Assembly (NCBI GenBank): GCA_964624235.1
Contig: CAZUXY010000001.1
Coordinates: 143,288-207,287, forward strand
DNA: 64,000 nt
Reading direction: 5' to 3'
DNA from: an uncultured Leptospirales bacterium
GTDB taxonomy: Bacteria; Spirochaetota; UBA4802; UBA5368
The number at the start of each line of letters is the position of its first letter. Position 1 is the first letter of the stretch. The notes beneath the pieces were generated by a model. It saw nothing but the letters and a program-made list of their open reading frames with translations, made no database searches and was not told the origin of the DNA. Positions 47,657 through 57,629 of this stretch are shown here, one piece after another. The position numbers and the translations under genes are program-made.

Positions 47657-48246
47657 TACCTTCCGGCTTTAATTGCCAATGAAGACATCAGCATGGTTCG
47701 GAATGACGCGATTGTTTCTTCAATGGTAAGATTGTTTTTCAGTATAAATTCGGGCTTGAAAACGGTTTCGCTGGCCCCTTTGAAAAAACCTGATACGAAA
47801 CAGGGATTCAATTCTATGAACAATCCCATTTTTACACCCCTGGTATAGTTTTCCATAAACAGATTGCTCAGTTCATTAATAAAAACGGTAAGCTTGGCGG
47901 CGATATCCGGATAAAACCTGTGTACATCCTCCAGAAGGATCGTGGAAAAATTCCTGAAGAGTGAAAAGGTAATTTCAAAACAATGATGGAGTTTTTGCAG
48001 AGGATTTTCTTCTGATTTATGGACACTATCAAAGCTGGATTTCAGAAGTGAAAAGATACCATCAGCTATTTCGTATACCATATCATCCTTGCTCTGATAG
48101 TATTTATAAATGGTTTTTTTGGATATACCGCATTCATGGGCCAGTGTGTCGATGGTAATACGTTTAAGCCCGTAAATAAAGGAAAGATCACGGAATTTTT
48201 CGAATATCTGTTGTTTTACCCTGTCGTTCATGGCGTTGATACTCAA
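47656..48246 (-). CDS. TetR/AcrR family transcriptional regulator
   Basis: HTH: ITIDTLAHECGISKKTIYKYYQSKDDMV. Confidence 0.85.
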   Translation of the reverse strand: MSINAMNDRVKQQIFEKFRDLSFIYGLKRITIDTLAHECGISKKTIYKYYQSKDDMVYEIADGIFSLLKSSFDSVHKSEENPLQKLHHCFEITFSLFRNFSTILLEDVHRFYPDIAAKLTVFINELSNLFMENYTRGVKMGLFIELNPCFVSGFFKGASETVFKPEFILKNNLTIEETIASFRTMLMSSLAIKAGR

Positions 48247-48472
48247 AGAAAGGAAACCAAGAAAACTTAAATAGTTTCCTCATTTCTTGTCAAGGCAAAT
48301 ACTCATAATATAAATAAAAGTTCTGATTGTTGAATATATAATTAATATTAACAGTTTATTATTCGAGTATGTATATAGAGTTCACACCGCCTTGATTCAA
48401 ATTCAATGAGAACATAATGATTAGTAAAAAAGTACACATTATGACAACAAGCAACTGTACAGGAGAATTGTT

Positions 48473-49252
48473 ATGAATCGAGCAGTGCTTTTGCTGATGA
48501 TATTCATGATACCGGCCCTTTTTTGTGCACGCACGGTTTCTGTTCCCGAAAGGCACGATTCCCAGCCGCTACAGAAAAACCTTCACAGTTTTTTCTCCAT
48601 GTGTGAGCGGGATATACTCAATGCGGCAAAAGTCATCTCAGACAGGGATCTTATCAGGAATTTGACACATTTGCATAGAATGAATGCAGGGGGCAAAAAG
48701 TATTATCTGCTTGAAAGAGAAGCAATAACCGAGATGATCAAATCGGTAACTGAAGGCATATACTCGGATTTCATCCTGATCAATCGCCATGAGGTTGTGA
48801 TATATACCCGGGAGAACGACCAGATATTCGGGAAAAAAGTAAGTAGCTCTTTGATCGGATCCCCCCTGGACCATTGCGTCAAAAATTCGAGCCATGGAAT
48901 GTATATTGAAGACACATCGTCGTTTCCGCCGGAATCAGGACAATACAATTTGTTTATCTCTGCAACAGTGGTTAAAGAGGAAACCGTTCACGGGGTTTTC
49001 ATATTACAGGTAGGTACAGGGAAAATCGAAGAATCAACCCCGCCGAATACAACGATAATCGACAGGGAAGGCATGATTCGCATTTCGAGAAACCATAAAG
49101 ATTTGCTTTCTCCTTACCCTTTTTATGGGAAGATGGATGTTAATGGTATTGGGAAAGGCCGGTTAATGGTATTTGAAAACGCTGATATCGTTTTCAAATA
49201 TTTTCTATTTGAATTCAGAAACCTGAAATGGATAATCGTTGTCGGAAGGTAG
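48473..49252 (+). CDS. Secreted hypothetical protein (possible periplasmic sensor-like domain)
   Basis: Signal peptide MNRAVLLLMIFMIPALFCA. 259 aa. Ends with a hydrophobic KWIIVVGR just before the stop. Confidence 0.45.
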   Translation: MNRAVLLLMIFMIPALFCARTVSVPERHDSQPLQKNLHSFFSMCERDILNAAKVISDRDLIRNLTHLHRMNAGGKKYYLLEREAITEMIKSVTEGIYSDFILINRHEVVIYTRENDQIFGKKVSSSLIGSPLDHCVKNSSHGMYIEDTSSFPPESGQYNLFISATVVKEETVHGVFILQVGTGKIEESTPPNTTIIDREGMIRISRNHKDLLSPYPFYGKMDVNGIGKGRLMVFENADIVFKYFLFEFRNLKWIIVVGR

Positions 49253-49274
49253 CCAGGGGAATTATGAAATCTTC

Positions 49275-50543
49275 CTAAGAGGACAGAAAATCTGCTATAC
49301 GAGAATGCACATCACCAAAAAAATTATAGGTCTCAGGATGGACCAGCCTGAGCTGATGAATCTTCATTGCAAGATCCATTATTGCTTTATCATCAAGATA
49401 CTTCTTACCGCTTTTCAGTATTCCCTGAACTAGACCCGGAAGCAATAAAAGGGGTTCGATATTTTCTCTGGAAATGTATTCCTTTACTCCTCGTTCCTTA
49501 ATAATACCAGTTTCCAAATCATCCTCATCAATCAATGATACTATAAGTTGTCCTGACCGGATTTTATGAAATTCATCAATGGTGAAATGATTATTCATCA
49601 GCAGAATAACATCTGAATTTGTGAATATATTTTCTGCCGTTGTTGCGAGTCCTCCCGATTTTTCAAAAACATGCATCAGTTTTTCATTATTGTCATAACC
49701 CAGCACCCTCAGACATCCCATAGACAGCAGCAACCGGGTCATGCGTATCGCTGAAACACCGATACCGATAATACCGATATTGGACTCGTTGGGTTGAAAC
49801 CGGTTCTTTTTAAATAAATGCAGTATTTCAACAAGGAGGGTTAAAGGAAGTTCATCCCCCGCAACACTCAACACCGGTTTGGATACTTCCGAACTAATTT
49901 GCTCATAAAAAGCAATATCTTCCAGGTCCTCAATAAATTGAAGACGAAAAGCTGCAAACCCCGGCTCAAGGGTCTTTATGCATTTGATAATTCCTTCAAT
50001 GAACTGATATTTCGCAACGATGGGATATGCACTTATTTCACTGAATTGGGCAATTATGGCCGAATCTCGTTCCACGTCCGTATAGTGATCGTAAACGACT
50101 GATTCAGGAACCTCCACTCTTTCCTTGATGAACGCGAAGTTCGCAATATTACTGCTTACCCCTGAGAATGATGAACCCTGGCCCTGCTGTATCTTTTCCT
50201 TAATATAATGAGAAGCGCCCAGTAACTTTAATTCCAGGTCGTGTTTGTTTTCAACCGGCATGCGGCTTTTAAAACGCAGCATTCCTCCCTGCAGAGAATT
50301 CTCAAGCAGGTTTTCTTTTTCTTTTATCCGGTAATACTCTGTTGCAGATTCAAGAAATTCAATAACTCCATCAAAGTGCTGTTTAAGTCCGTATATGATC
50401 TCCAGATCGTAAAGCTCCCAGTCACGGGATTCTTCAAGCCTTACCATTTTTTGAAGATCACATTGTTTAACATGAAGTTGCTCAGCCAGTTCGGGGAGAT
50501 GACCTCGCTTGATCTCGAGTAGTAATCTTGAAATAATTTTCAC
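49275..50543 (-). CDS. Hypothetical protein with Rossmann-like segment
   Basis: 422 aa. NIGIIGIGVSAIRMTRLLLSMGC...VLGYD resembles a dinucleotide-binding fold. No catalytic motif recognised. Confidence 0.45.
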   Translation of the reverse strand: MKIISRLLLEIKRGHLPELAEQLHVKQCDLQKMVRLEESRDWELYDLEIIYGLKQHFDGVIEFLESATEYYRIKEKENLLENSLQGGMLRFKSRMPVENKHDLELKLLGASHYIKEKIQQGQGSSFSGVSSNIANFAFIKERVEVPESVVYDHYTDVERDSAIIAQFSEISAYPIVAKYQFIEGIIKCIKTLEPGFAAFRLQFIEDLEDIAFYEQISSEVSKPVLSVAGDELPLTLLVEILHLFKKNRFQPNESNIGIIGIGVSAIRMTRLLLSMGCLRVLGYDNNEKLMHVFEKSGGLATTAENIFTNSDVILLMNNHFTIDEFHKIRSGQLIVSLIDEDDLETGIIKERGVKEYISRENIEPLLLLPGLVQGILKSGKKYLDDKAIMDLAMKIHQLRLVHPETYNFFGDVHSRIADFLSS

Positions 50544-50709
50544 AATTCAGTACTGTAGTATCAGTGATTTTATTTATATTATCGAAATCATCCAGCCCGC
50601 CGCTTAATACTTAAATAATCCTTACAAATATATATTTATACCTCTGTGAGACGGTGCCAGATTGACTTAATCACTCAGAGCCATTAGCTGTTAAACGAAG
50701 ATAAACACG

Positions 50710-51303
50710 TCAGGAGTACAACCCGATATAGCTTTTACCTGTATGTAGAACCCTCTGCAGAATGACCTCAGGTACTTTTCCGGATCTCAAGGTATCCATC
50801 GATGTGAACAACAGGAAATCCTTTTCGTCATAACTAATACCCATGGAATTAAATAAATGCCGTATGACGGTAACCGAAGGAATGAACATACCGGTATAAT
50901 CGGCGCCTGCAGAAGCGATGAAAAGACCCCTGCCCTCCGCCTTCCTCGACTCTCCCCGCCGCCTCTTTTCCCAGATAACCTGAAATCTATCTATCATTGT
51001 TTTTATGGGGCCGGGCAGAGACGAAAAGTATACAGGTGATGATATCGTGACCAGATCTGCATCTTCCATCAGATCATACAAAGGAGTCATATCATCAAAA
51101 AAAATGCATCCATTAAAACTCCTGCAATGCCCGCAGGCAATGCAAGGGTGGATTATTTTCTGATAAACATGAACCTCGTTTATTACCGCTCGACCGGAAA
51201 AGCACGACAGAAACTCCCTGTGCAGGGTTGATGAAATCCCCTTCTCTCTCGGACTCCCGAAGAGCGACAGAATCCGGGGCTCAATCTTCCTTGAGACGGG
51301 CAA
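50710..51303 (-). CDS. Iron-sulfur flavoprotein (Isf) / NADPH-dependent FMN reductase-like
   Basis: LFGSPRE flavodoxin-like start and compact cysteine motif [13 protein letters not shown] (Cx2Cx2Cx5C) diagnostic of Isf. The annotated start overlaps the upstream gene by 23 bp. Confidence 0.65.
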   Translation of the reverse strand: MPVSRKIEPRILSLFGSPREKGISSTLHREFLSCFSGRAVINEVHVYQKIIHPCIACGHCRSFNGCIFFDDMTPLYDLMEDADLVTISSPVYFSSLPGPIKTMIDRFQVIWEKRRRGESRKAEGRGLFIASAGADYTGMFIPSVTVIRHLFNSMGISYDEKDFLLFTSMDTLRSGKVPEVILQRVLHTGKSYIGLYS

Positions 51304-52285
51304 AGATCATTCTCCCCGCGGTGGTCTGAAGTACGGAGGTGACCGTGACATCCACATCGGAGTTTAACCTTCTCCGACCGTTTTCCACCACCACCATGGT
51401 ACCGTCATCAAGATATCCGATAGCCTGGTTAGGATCCTTACCTTCTTTAATCAGCGATACTTTCATTTCTTCACCTGGAAGCACTATCGGTTTCAGGGCA
51501 TTGGAAAGCTGGTTGATGTTAAGCACACTCACTCCATGAAACTCGGCGACCTTGTTGAGGTTGAAGTCATTCGTGATGATAATCGCCTTCATAACTTTTG
51601 CTAGTTTCACCAGTTTTGAATCCACCTCTCCAATTTCGGGGAAGTCAATATCGGAAATCTTGACCATAATGGTCTGGTCTTTCTGCATCTTGTTGAGTAT
51701 ATCAAGCCCGCGCCTTCCCCGGTTTCTTTTAATGGAATCAGCGGAATCGGCTATCATCTGAAGTTCATTTAAAACGAAGTTTGGAATTACAAGGATCCCT
51801 TCAATGAAACCGGTATCGCAAATATCGGCAATCCTGCCGTCAATGATTACGCTGGTATCCAGTATCTTGTATGCCACACCGCTCTCTTTGCCCTCTTCAT
51901 GTTTTTCAGGTATGATTAAATCTATAATCGCGATATCTTCATGGTTTATGATGAAAAAAAGCATGATGGCAAAACCGACAACATGATATACCAGTCCAGA
52001 TACAACGGCACTCTGGTTATCCGTCAAACCCAGAGGGATCGAGGTGAAGGCCAGAACCAGCAGGCGGCTCAGAATCAGGCCTATAAAAAGACCCAGTATT
52101 GCCGATATGATTATCCTTGATGAAAAGGTGTGTGATATATACTCGATAACTATAATCAGCAACAATGCGACAATTATAGAGACAAAACCCGATATCAGTA
52201 CCGCTTGCAATGAAATCTGCATAAAATATAAAACGGTAAACAGTACGGAAGAAATTATGAACAGTACTCTAAAAAAAGTTATCAT
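51281..52285 (-). CDS. PIN and TRAM domain membrane protein (YacL-like)
   Basis: N-terminal TM helices. PIN ([12 protein letters not shown]...) and C-terminal TRAM ([19 protein letters not shown]). Confidence 0.8.
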   Translation of the reverse strand: MITFFRVLFIISSVLFTVLYFMQISLQAVLISGFVSIIVALLLIIVIEYISHTFSSRIIISAILGLFIGLILSRLLVLAFTSIPLGLTDNQSAVVSGLVYHVVGFAIMLFFIINHEDIAIIDLIIPEKHEEGKESGVAYKILDTSVIIDGRIADICDTGFIEGILVIPNFVLNELQMIADSADSIKRNRGRRGLDILNKMQKDQTIMVKISDIDFPEIGEVDSKLVKLAKVMKAIIITNDFNLNKVAEFHGVSVLNINQLSNALKPIVLPGEEMKVSLIKEGKDPNQAIGYLDDGTMVVVENGRRRLNSDVDVTVTSVLQTTAGRMIFARLKED

Positions 52286-52433
52286 ATGAATGCACTCCTT
52301 TTGTGCAGTGAGATGGTACCCGCGGGACTGCCGGGAGCTCCCCTGATTTCAGGCACATGACTCCTGTGTAAAATCATACTTGTACAATCGTGAGACTACA
52401 ACGAGGGAGACTGCGGGTACAAAACAATACTGA

Positions 52434-52913
52434 TTATGAAGATAGCGCTTCAGAAACCAGATTTCCGGCCTCTTCGATATTAATGCTTTTCGCAAGGGCG
52501 ATTTCATGTATAACGAGTTGATAGGCGTTTTCATATAATTTCCTTTCCATTATCGACAGCTCTTTTTCCTTTCCCCGTCGATACAAGTCCCGTGCGACTT
52601 CACCCACTTCATATATCGAACCGCTTTTTACTTTGTCTATATTGCCCTGGTATCTGAGTTTCCAGTCATCTTCAGTAATCACTTCCTTTTTCTTCAAAAG
52701 TTCCAGGACTTTCTTCACCTCACGGTTCGAAATAATGGATCTGATACCTATGCTTTGAGCGTTATCGACGGGAATCATGACTTTCATTCCGCTGTTGATA
52801 ATGGTGATCATGTAAAACCTGTTTCTTTTGCCAAGAACGGACTTCTTTTCTATGGCTTCAATCAACCCGACACCATGCATTGGATATACAATTTTATCAC
52901 CGACTTTATACAT
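52434..52913 (-). CDS. CarD/CdnL family RNA-polymerase-binding transcription factor
   Basis: [29 protein letters not shown]... matches the CarD_TRCF N-domain. Confidence 0.85.
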   Translation of the reverse strand: MYKVGDKIVYPMHGVGLIEAIEKKSVLGKRNRFYMITIINSGMKVMIPVDNAQSIGIRSIISNREVKKVLELLKKKEVITEDDWKLRYQGNIDKVKSGSIYEVGEVARDLYRRGKEKELSIMERKLYENAYQLVIHEIALAKSINIEEAGNLVSEALSS

Positions 52914-53110
52914 AGGTTACCCCAAAAATACCAAATAATGCCCGCATTCCCCACAACAAATTATCATAAAATAGTACTCCATTATAGCATGGAAAATTCG
53001 TACGTTCAAGAAGAAAATGTTTCTGATGCTCCTGTACATGGTTGCATATACGCAATACACCGATATGATACTAAATATTGCCTCATTCCATACTGACTCA
53101 ATCGACATTA

Positions 53111-55402
53111 TTATTTTTCATCGGTTTTAAGCCCTTCTTTCTCCATGTAAAGATCCAGCACGGATTTCATAGGGGTGTCCACTTCGGTACTGCCGTAAAG
53201 CGCGGTATAATCAAGGTTTACCGGCGGCGGCGGGAATACTGGATCATTCATTCCGTTATATACATCCCTCATATACATCCCCCAGAGCGGCGCTGCAACG
53301 GAAGCACCTGCCTGGTGTTTCCCCAGCGACATGAAGGGACGGTCATATCCTACCCATACGATCGCGGCTATGTCCGGAGTGAATCCGCAAAACCATGCGT
53401 CGGTCCAGTTGGAAGTCGTTCCTGTTTTCCCGGCGCATTGTTTGACGAAACCCGCTTTTACCCTGATTGCTTCCGTGGGTGTTCCCCCGTTTACCACACC
53501 CTGCATCATCGATGTCATGATATACGCCGTCCGCTCGGATATAATTTGTATGCTCCCGTTCATTTCTTTCGCCGCAATAATGTTGCCTACTTCCTCTTCC
53601 ATGTTTACCAGCTCATTGCCGTCACGATCGGTAATATAACGGATTGCATAAGGAATAACGTCCCTTCCTCTGTTTGCATAGATGGCGTATCCTGTTGCCA
53701 TTTCCAAGGGAGTTAATTCGGAAACTCCCAGCGCCAGCGATGGACTTGGAGTAAAACGCGATTCGCTTACTTTGAGAATCTTTGATGCATAATCGATAAT
53801 ACGGTCTGCCCCCACTATGTCGTATATTCTGACCGAAATAATATTTATTGAAGCGGCCAGTGCCCGTTTAAGGCTCACCATGCCGGTATAGTTGCCTTCA
53901 TAATTACTGGGAGCCCAGGTTTCGCCGGATGCGTCAATATCAACAATGGGTGCGTCAGGCAACGTGGTAAAAGGACTTATATAACGGGCTTCTATACCCG
54001 CACCGTAAACAAAAGGTTTGAACGCCGATCCCGGCTGACGCCTGGCCTGGACTGCCCGGTTATACTGGTTGGAAACAGTAAACTCCGAACCGCCGATCAT
54101 GGTGGTTATATAACCCGTCTGTGGCTCTATGGCGATAAACGCGCCCTCAACCGTCAGGGACGTCGAGATGTTTGAGGTAAGAGCCCGGAAGCTTTCAAAG
54201 GACTGATTCACCGCACCCATGTCGAGCAGCAGAGTAAGCATGTCAATAGCATCGGTGGTACCTTCGAGCATGGTTTTTTTGAAGACCGTTTCAAAATCGC
54301 TTTTAATAACAATACCAGGCAGGTTGAAAATTGTACGAAGTGTTCCATAGGCGCCGAAAAGGCTCCGGTCCACCGCACTATTGTAATACCGGTTTGCGTT
54401 TTCCGATAACTCGTTCTGTTTCTGCAACGCCGGAAGAAAATATTTTTCCGCGATTTCCTGTCTTCTGAGGTTCAACGTGGTATAAACCTGTAGACCCTCA
54501 TTATACACGGCATCTTTGCCGAAACGCGCCGTGAGTATCTGCCTCACATAATCGGTGAAGAAAGGCGCCTTGTCTTCTTCCTTGGTAAATGCTGTTTTCG
54601 TGGTAAACTCGGTTTTAATTGAATCAATATACGCAGGCCAGAACTTTTCGTAGACGACTCTGGCCTTTACAATAGTCAGATATCCGCAGTCCACTATCCG
54701 GTTAAGGGTATCCCAGTTTTTCTCAAATGCGATTCGGGGATTCATTAATGGGGAATGTCTGCCGGGTGCCGAAGGAAGGGCGGCCAATACCGAGCTTTCA
54801 GCAACACTGAGCTGGTTTACCGTCTTGCCAAAGAAGAGTTGTGCCGCCGATGAAATCCCGTAACAGCCATGGCCGAGATATATCTGGTTGAAGTACATCT
54901 CGAGAATTTCTTCCTTGGTGAACTTTTTTTCTATCTGCAGGGCAAGAATCGCTTCAAGCGCCTTTCTCATCACAGTACGTTCACCAGTGGTGAAAAGCCT
55001 CTTTGCCAGCTGCTGGGTAATTGTTGAGCCGCCTTGCACCACTCTGCCTGCCAGGATGTTTTTCACCATTGCCCTGGCGATTCCTTTGGGATTAATTCCA
55101 AAGTGGTTGTAGAAATCCTTGTCCTCGGTCGCGACAAACGAGTTTACCAGGTTTTTCGGCAATTCCTCGAAGGAAACAAGGTCCCTTTTCTCTTTAAAGA
55201 GTTCTGCGATCAGTTCACCATTGACATCGTACACTTTTGTCGGCAGGCTGGGTTGAAACTGTTTAAGATTGTCAATTCCCGAAAAATTTTTAATCTGGGA
55301 GGTTATATACCCAAACATCACTCCACCCAAGAGTGAAAACCCAAATACCAGCATTAAAGCTATCTTCTCAATCTTTTCAATATTAATCTTTACTGTATCC
55401 AT
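53111..55402 (-). CDS. Class A penicillin-binding protein (PBP1A: transglycosylase + transpeptidase)
   Basis: GT51 motifs ATEDKDFYNHFGI and GGSTITQQLAKRLF. Transpeptidase SAFKP and KTGTT motifs. Confidence 0.9.
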   Translation of the reverse strand: MDTVKINIEKIEKIALMLVFGFSLLGGVMFGYITSQIKNFSGIDNLKQFQPSLPTKVYDVNGELIAELFKEKRDLVSFEELPKNLVNSFVATEDKDFYNHFGINPKGIARAMVKNILAGRVVQGGSTITQQLAKRLFTTGERTVMRKALEAILALQIEKKFTKEEILEMYFNQIYLGHGCYGISSAAQLFFGKTVNQLSVAESSVLAALPSAPGRHSPLMNPRIAFEKNWDTLNRIVDCGYLTIVKARVVYEKFWPAYIDSIKTEFTTKTAFTKEEDKAPFFTDYVRQILTARFGKDAVYNEGLQVYTTLNLRRQEIAEKYFLPALQKQNELSENANRYYNSAVDRSLFGAYGTLRTIFNLPGIVIKSDFETVFKKTMLEGTTDAIDMLTLLLDMGAVNQSFESFRALTSNISTSLTVEGAFIAIEPQTGYITTMIGGSEFTVSNQYNRAVQARRQPGSAFKPFVYGAGIEARYISPFTTLPDAPIVDIDASGETWAPSNYEGNYTGMVSLKRALAASINIISVRIYDIVGADRIIDYASKILKVSESRFTPSPSLALGVSELTPLEMATGYAIYANRGRDVIPYAIRYITDRDGNELVNMEEEVGNIIAAKEMNGSIQIISERTAYIMTSMMQGVVNGGTPTEAIRVKAGFVKQCAGKTGTTSNWTDAWFCGFTPDIAAIVWVGYDRPFMSLGKHQAGASVAAPLWGMYMRDVYNGMNDPVFPPPPVNLDYTALYGSTEVDTPMKSVLDLYMEKEGLKTDEK

Positions 55403-55600
55403 ACGAAAATACCCAGTACTATGCGGTTACACTTTGCAGATTTTCGCCATAAGCGGGTTTTGCTCTACAGGTGTTTTTTGTACCAGATGCAGGAGGTTGT
55501 TGCAGAAAGCAAGTATTAAATCCCCATCATGCTATTGTAATGACGCTCAGCTATCTGTAGTATCCACGTGGAACCTTTCTGCTCTATAAAAATTTATTTT

Positions 55601-55801
55601 TCATTGGCGGGATGCTCTGGATACATAACCGATCACCCAAAGCACCCCAAAGATAATAAGTACAACGAGAAAAAGCTCAGCCAGTATGCTTACGGTTCCG
55701 GCTATAATTCTGAGCAGAAGTGGAATTATGTATTTGATGATCAGGTACAAAACAGTGACCACCCCAACTGCATAAAGCCCATATCTCACGGCATCCGGCA
55801 T
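55601..55801 (-). CDS. Small two-helix membrane protein (hypothetical)
   Basis: 66-aa ORF consisting of two hydrophobic helices. Lies between the PBP1A and htrA genes. Confidence 0.3.
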   Translation of the reverse strand: MPDAVRYGLYAVGVVTVLYLIIKYIIPLLLRIIAGTVSILAELFLVVLIIFGVLWVIGYVSRASRQ

Positions 55802-55872
55802 AATAATCTTCTCCCCTTATTTTATTATATATTCCGAGTTCATGTTTCCTTTTATTAATCCTTTAAAACACC

Positions 55873-57021
55873 CTAAGGTCTTTCTGCCACAGTGATAAAC
55901 AGGTTTACTAAAGCTTTGTTCCTCCAGACAGTCAGCTTCAGTGTTTTACCTATCGGGGATTTTCCCACATAATCGATCAGATCCTCATAAGTTTTTATAT
56001 TTGTATCATCAATCTTTAAAACAACATCACCCGGCAGTACTCCGCCCCTGTGGGCGGGACCATTCTTTATGATACCGCCTATAAGGGCTCCCTCGGGTTG
56101 TTTCAAACCCAGCTGACGCGCGTTCTCCTCGTTAAGAGGGATTATTTGTACCCCGATGAATCCCCGCTTGATCTTTTTATACTTTTTTAACTGATCAAGT
56201 ATGGATTTCGCCGTATTAATGGGAATAGCGAATCCAATTCCCATATTCCCGCCCGTCCTGGAATAAATCATACGGTTGATCCCGATAACCTCTCCGTAAA
56301 TATTAATGAGTGGACCGCCTGAATTACCCGGATTGATCGAAGCATCGGTCTGTATATGAGATTGTGATGCTCCCATCATGTCGACGTCCTTCCTCCCTGT
56401 TGCGCTTATTACTCCTACGGTGAACGTCTTATCCAGTCCAAACGGGTTGCCGATAGCGATCGCCCAGTCTCCGACCTTTACATTATCAGAGTTTCCGAGA
56501 TATACCGGTTTCAACTTCCCCCTTGGATTGATTTTAAGCAAAGCAATATCAGTCCGTTCATCGGAGCCGATTATTACTGCCGGATAAAGATCATTCTCTA
56601 TTTTTACAGTAACTTTATCCACATTGGCTATTACATGATGGTTGGTACATATATATCCGTCCTCGGACAGTACAAAACCAGTGCCCAGACCGGTCCTTCT
56701 CTGGACCCTGGGGCCCGTATTCCCCTCAGGCATACCGAAAAACTGACGGAAAAAGGGATCATCAAAAAAAGGATGCTGCGGCAGTTTCACCATCTGTTCT
56801 GTTGAAATGAATACTACCCTGTCTTTATACAGTTCATATATGTCCCTGAATGTTTTCTGAATTTCCCAGGCTTTTGCAGATTCAGAGCTTTTTTTTATGG
56901 GAGATTCCTGGGATTCCCCAAAAACGGGGATGTCCTTCCTGGAACAGGAAAAAGGGTAAAAGAAAAGAGAAACGGTAAAAACTACCACTATAGGAAGCAG
57001 ATACTTTTTTATAGACTTCAT
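55873..57021 (-). CDS. htrA: Do/DegP/HtrA family serine protease with PDZ domain
   Basis: Catalytic triad context TNHHV...D...GNSGGPLIN, signal peptide, C-terminal PDZ. AAGGAG RBS. Confidence 0.9.
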   Translation of the reverse strand: MKSIKKYLLPIVVVFTVSLFFYPFSCSRKDIPVFGESQESPIKKSSESAKAWEIQKTFRDIYELYKDRVVFISTEQMVKLPQHPFFDDPFFRQFFGMPEGNTGPRVQRRTGLGTGFVLSEDGYICTNHHVIANVDKVTVKIENDLYPAVIIGSDERTDIALLKINPRGKLKPVYLGNSDNVKVGDWAIAIGNPFGLDKTFTVGVISATGRKDVDMMGASQSHIQTDASINPGNSGGPLINIYGEVIGINRMIYSRTGGNMGIGFAIPINTAKSILDQLKKYKKIKRGFIGVQIIPLNEENARQLGLKQPEGALIGGIIKNGPAHRGGVLPGDVVLKIDDTNIKTYEDLIDYVGKSPIGKTLKLTVWRNKALVNLFITVAERP

Positions 57022-57629
57022 TATTGATCTCCTTGATGCTCTCAGTACCAGATATAGAGGATAAATCTACCCCGTTGTTACATAAATATAAACAGATAGA
57101 TTCATTGTGTTCATAAAACAAAGCGGACAGTTTATTGTTTCAGTCTTCTACTAAGGTACATCATGGTTCTGTAATCAAGCAAGTTTTTATTCATTCTTGT
57201 ATCCCCATCACGCGGTGCATACCTTTTCCATTATGAATCCAGCATATCACTACCTTGTACTTACTGTATTATACAGTTGAATATTATTGTAACAGTTTCT
57301 ATTCTAATTAGAGCGATGGCGAGGGTTGAACAAATGAGTTGAAAGAGACCTTAATTCTTTCTGCGTGCGGTCGGTCAACGGATGAGAATAGTAAAACAAT
57401 AAGGATAATCCGCCACCTGCCCATGAGTTAATAACTACCGTTAAAAATAAAAAGGAAAAAACCCGGGATGTTTCCGCGAATCACCGTACTGGAATACGGA
57501 ATAAATTTGATTCTTGAAAATAAATCACAGCACACGAATATCCCTAATGATAGATAAGCCTGACTGCGCGTAAAAAAAATCAAATGTAGACTGAGGATAC
57601 TCCATACGGGCTATCCGATACCCATCGAA

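Noticed and set aside
57022-57629. tmRNA, SRP RNA or RNase P RNA in the long gap
   Set aside because: None of the conserved cores are present on either strand (tRNA-like GGTTCGA(A/T)TCC T-arm, SRP domain IV GGAAGCAGC, RNase P AGTCCGG). A species-specific sRNA remains possible.
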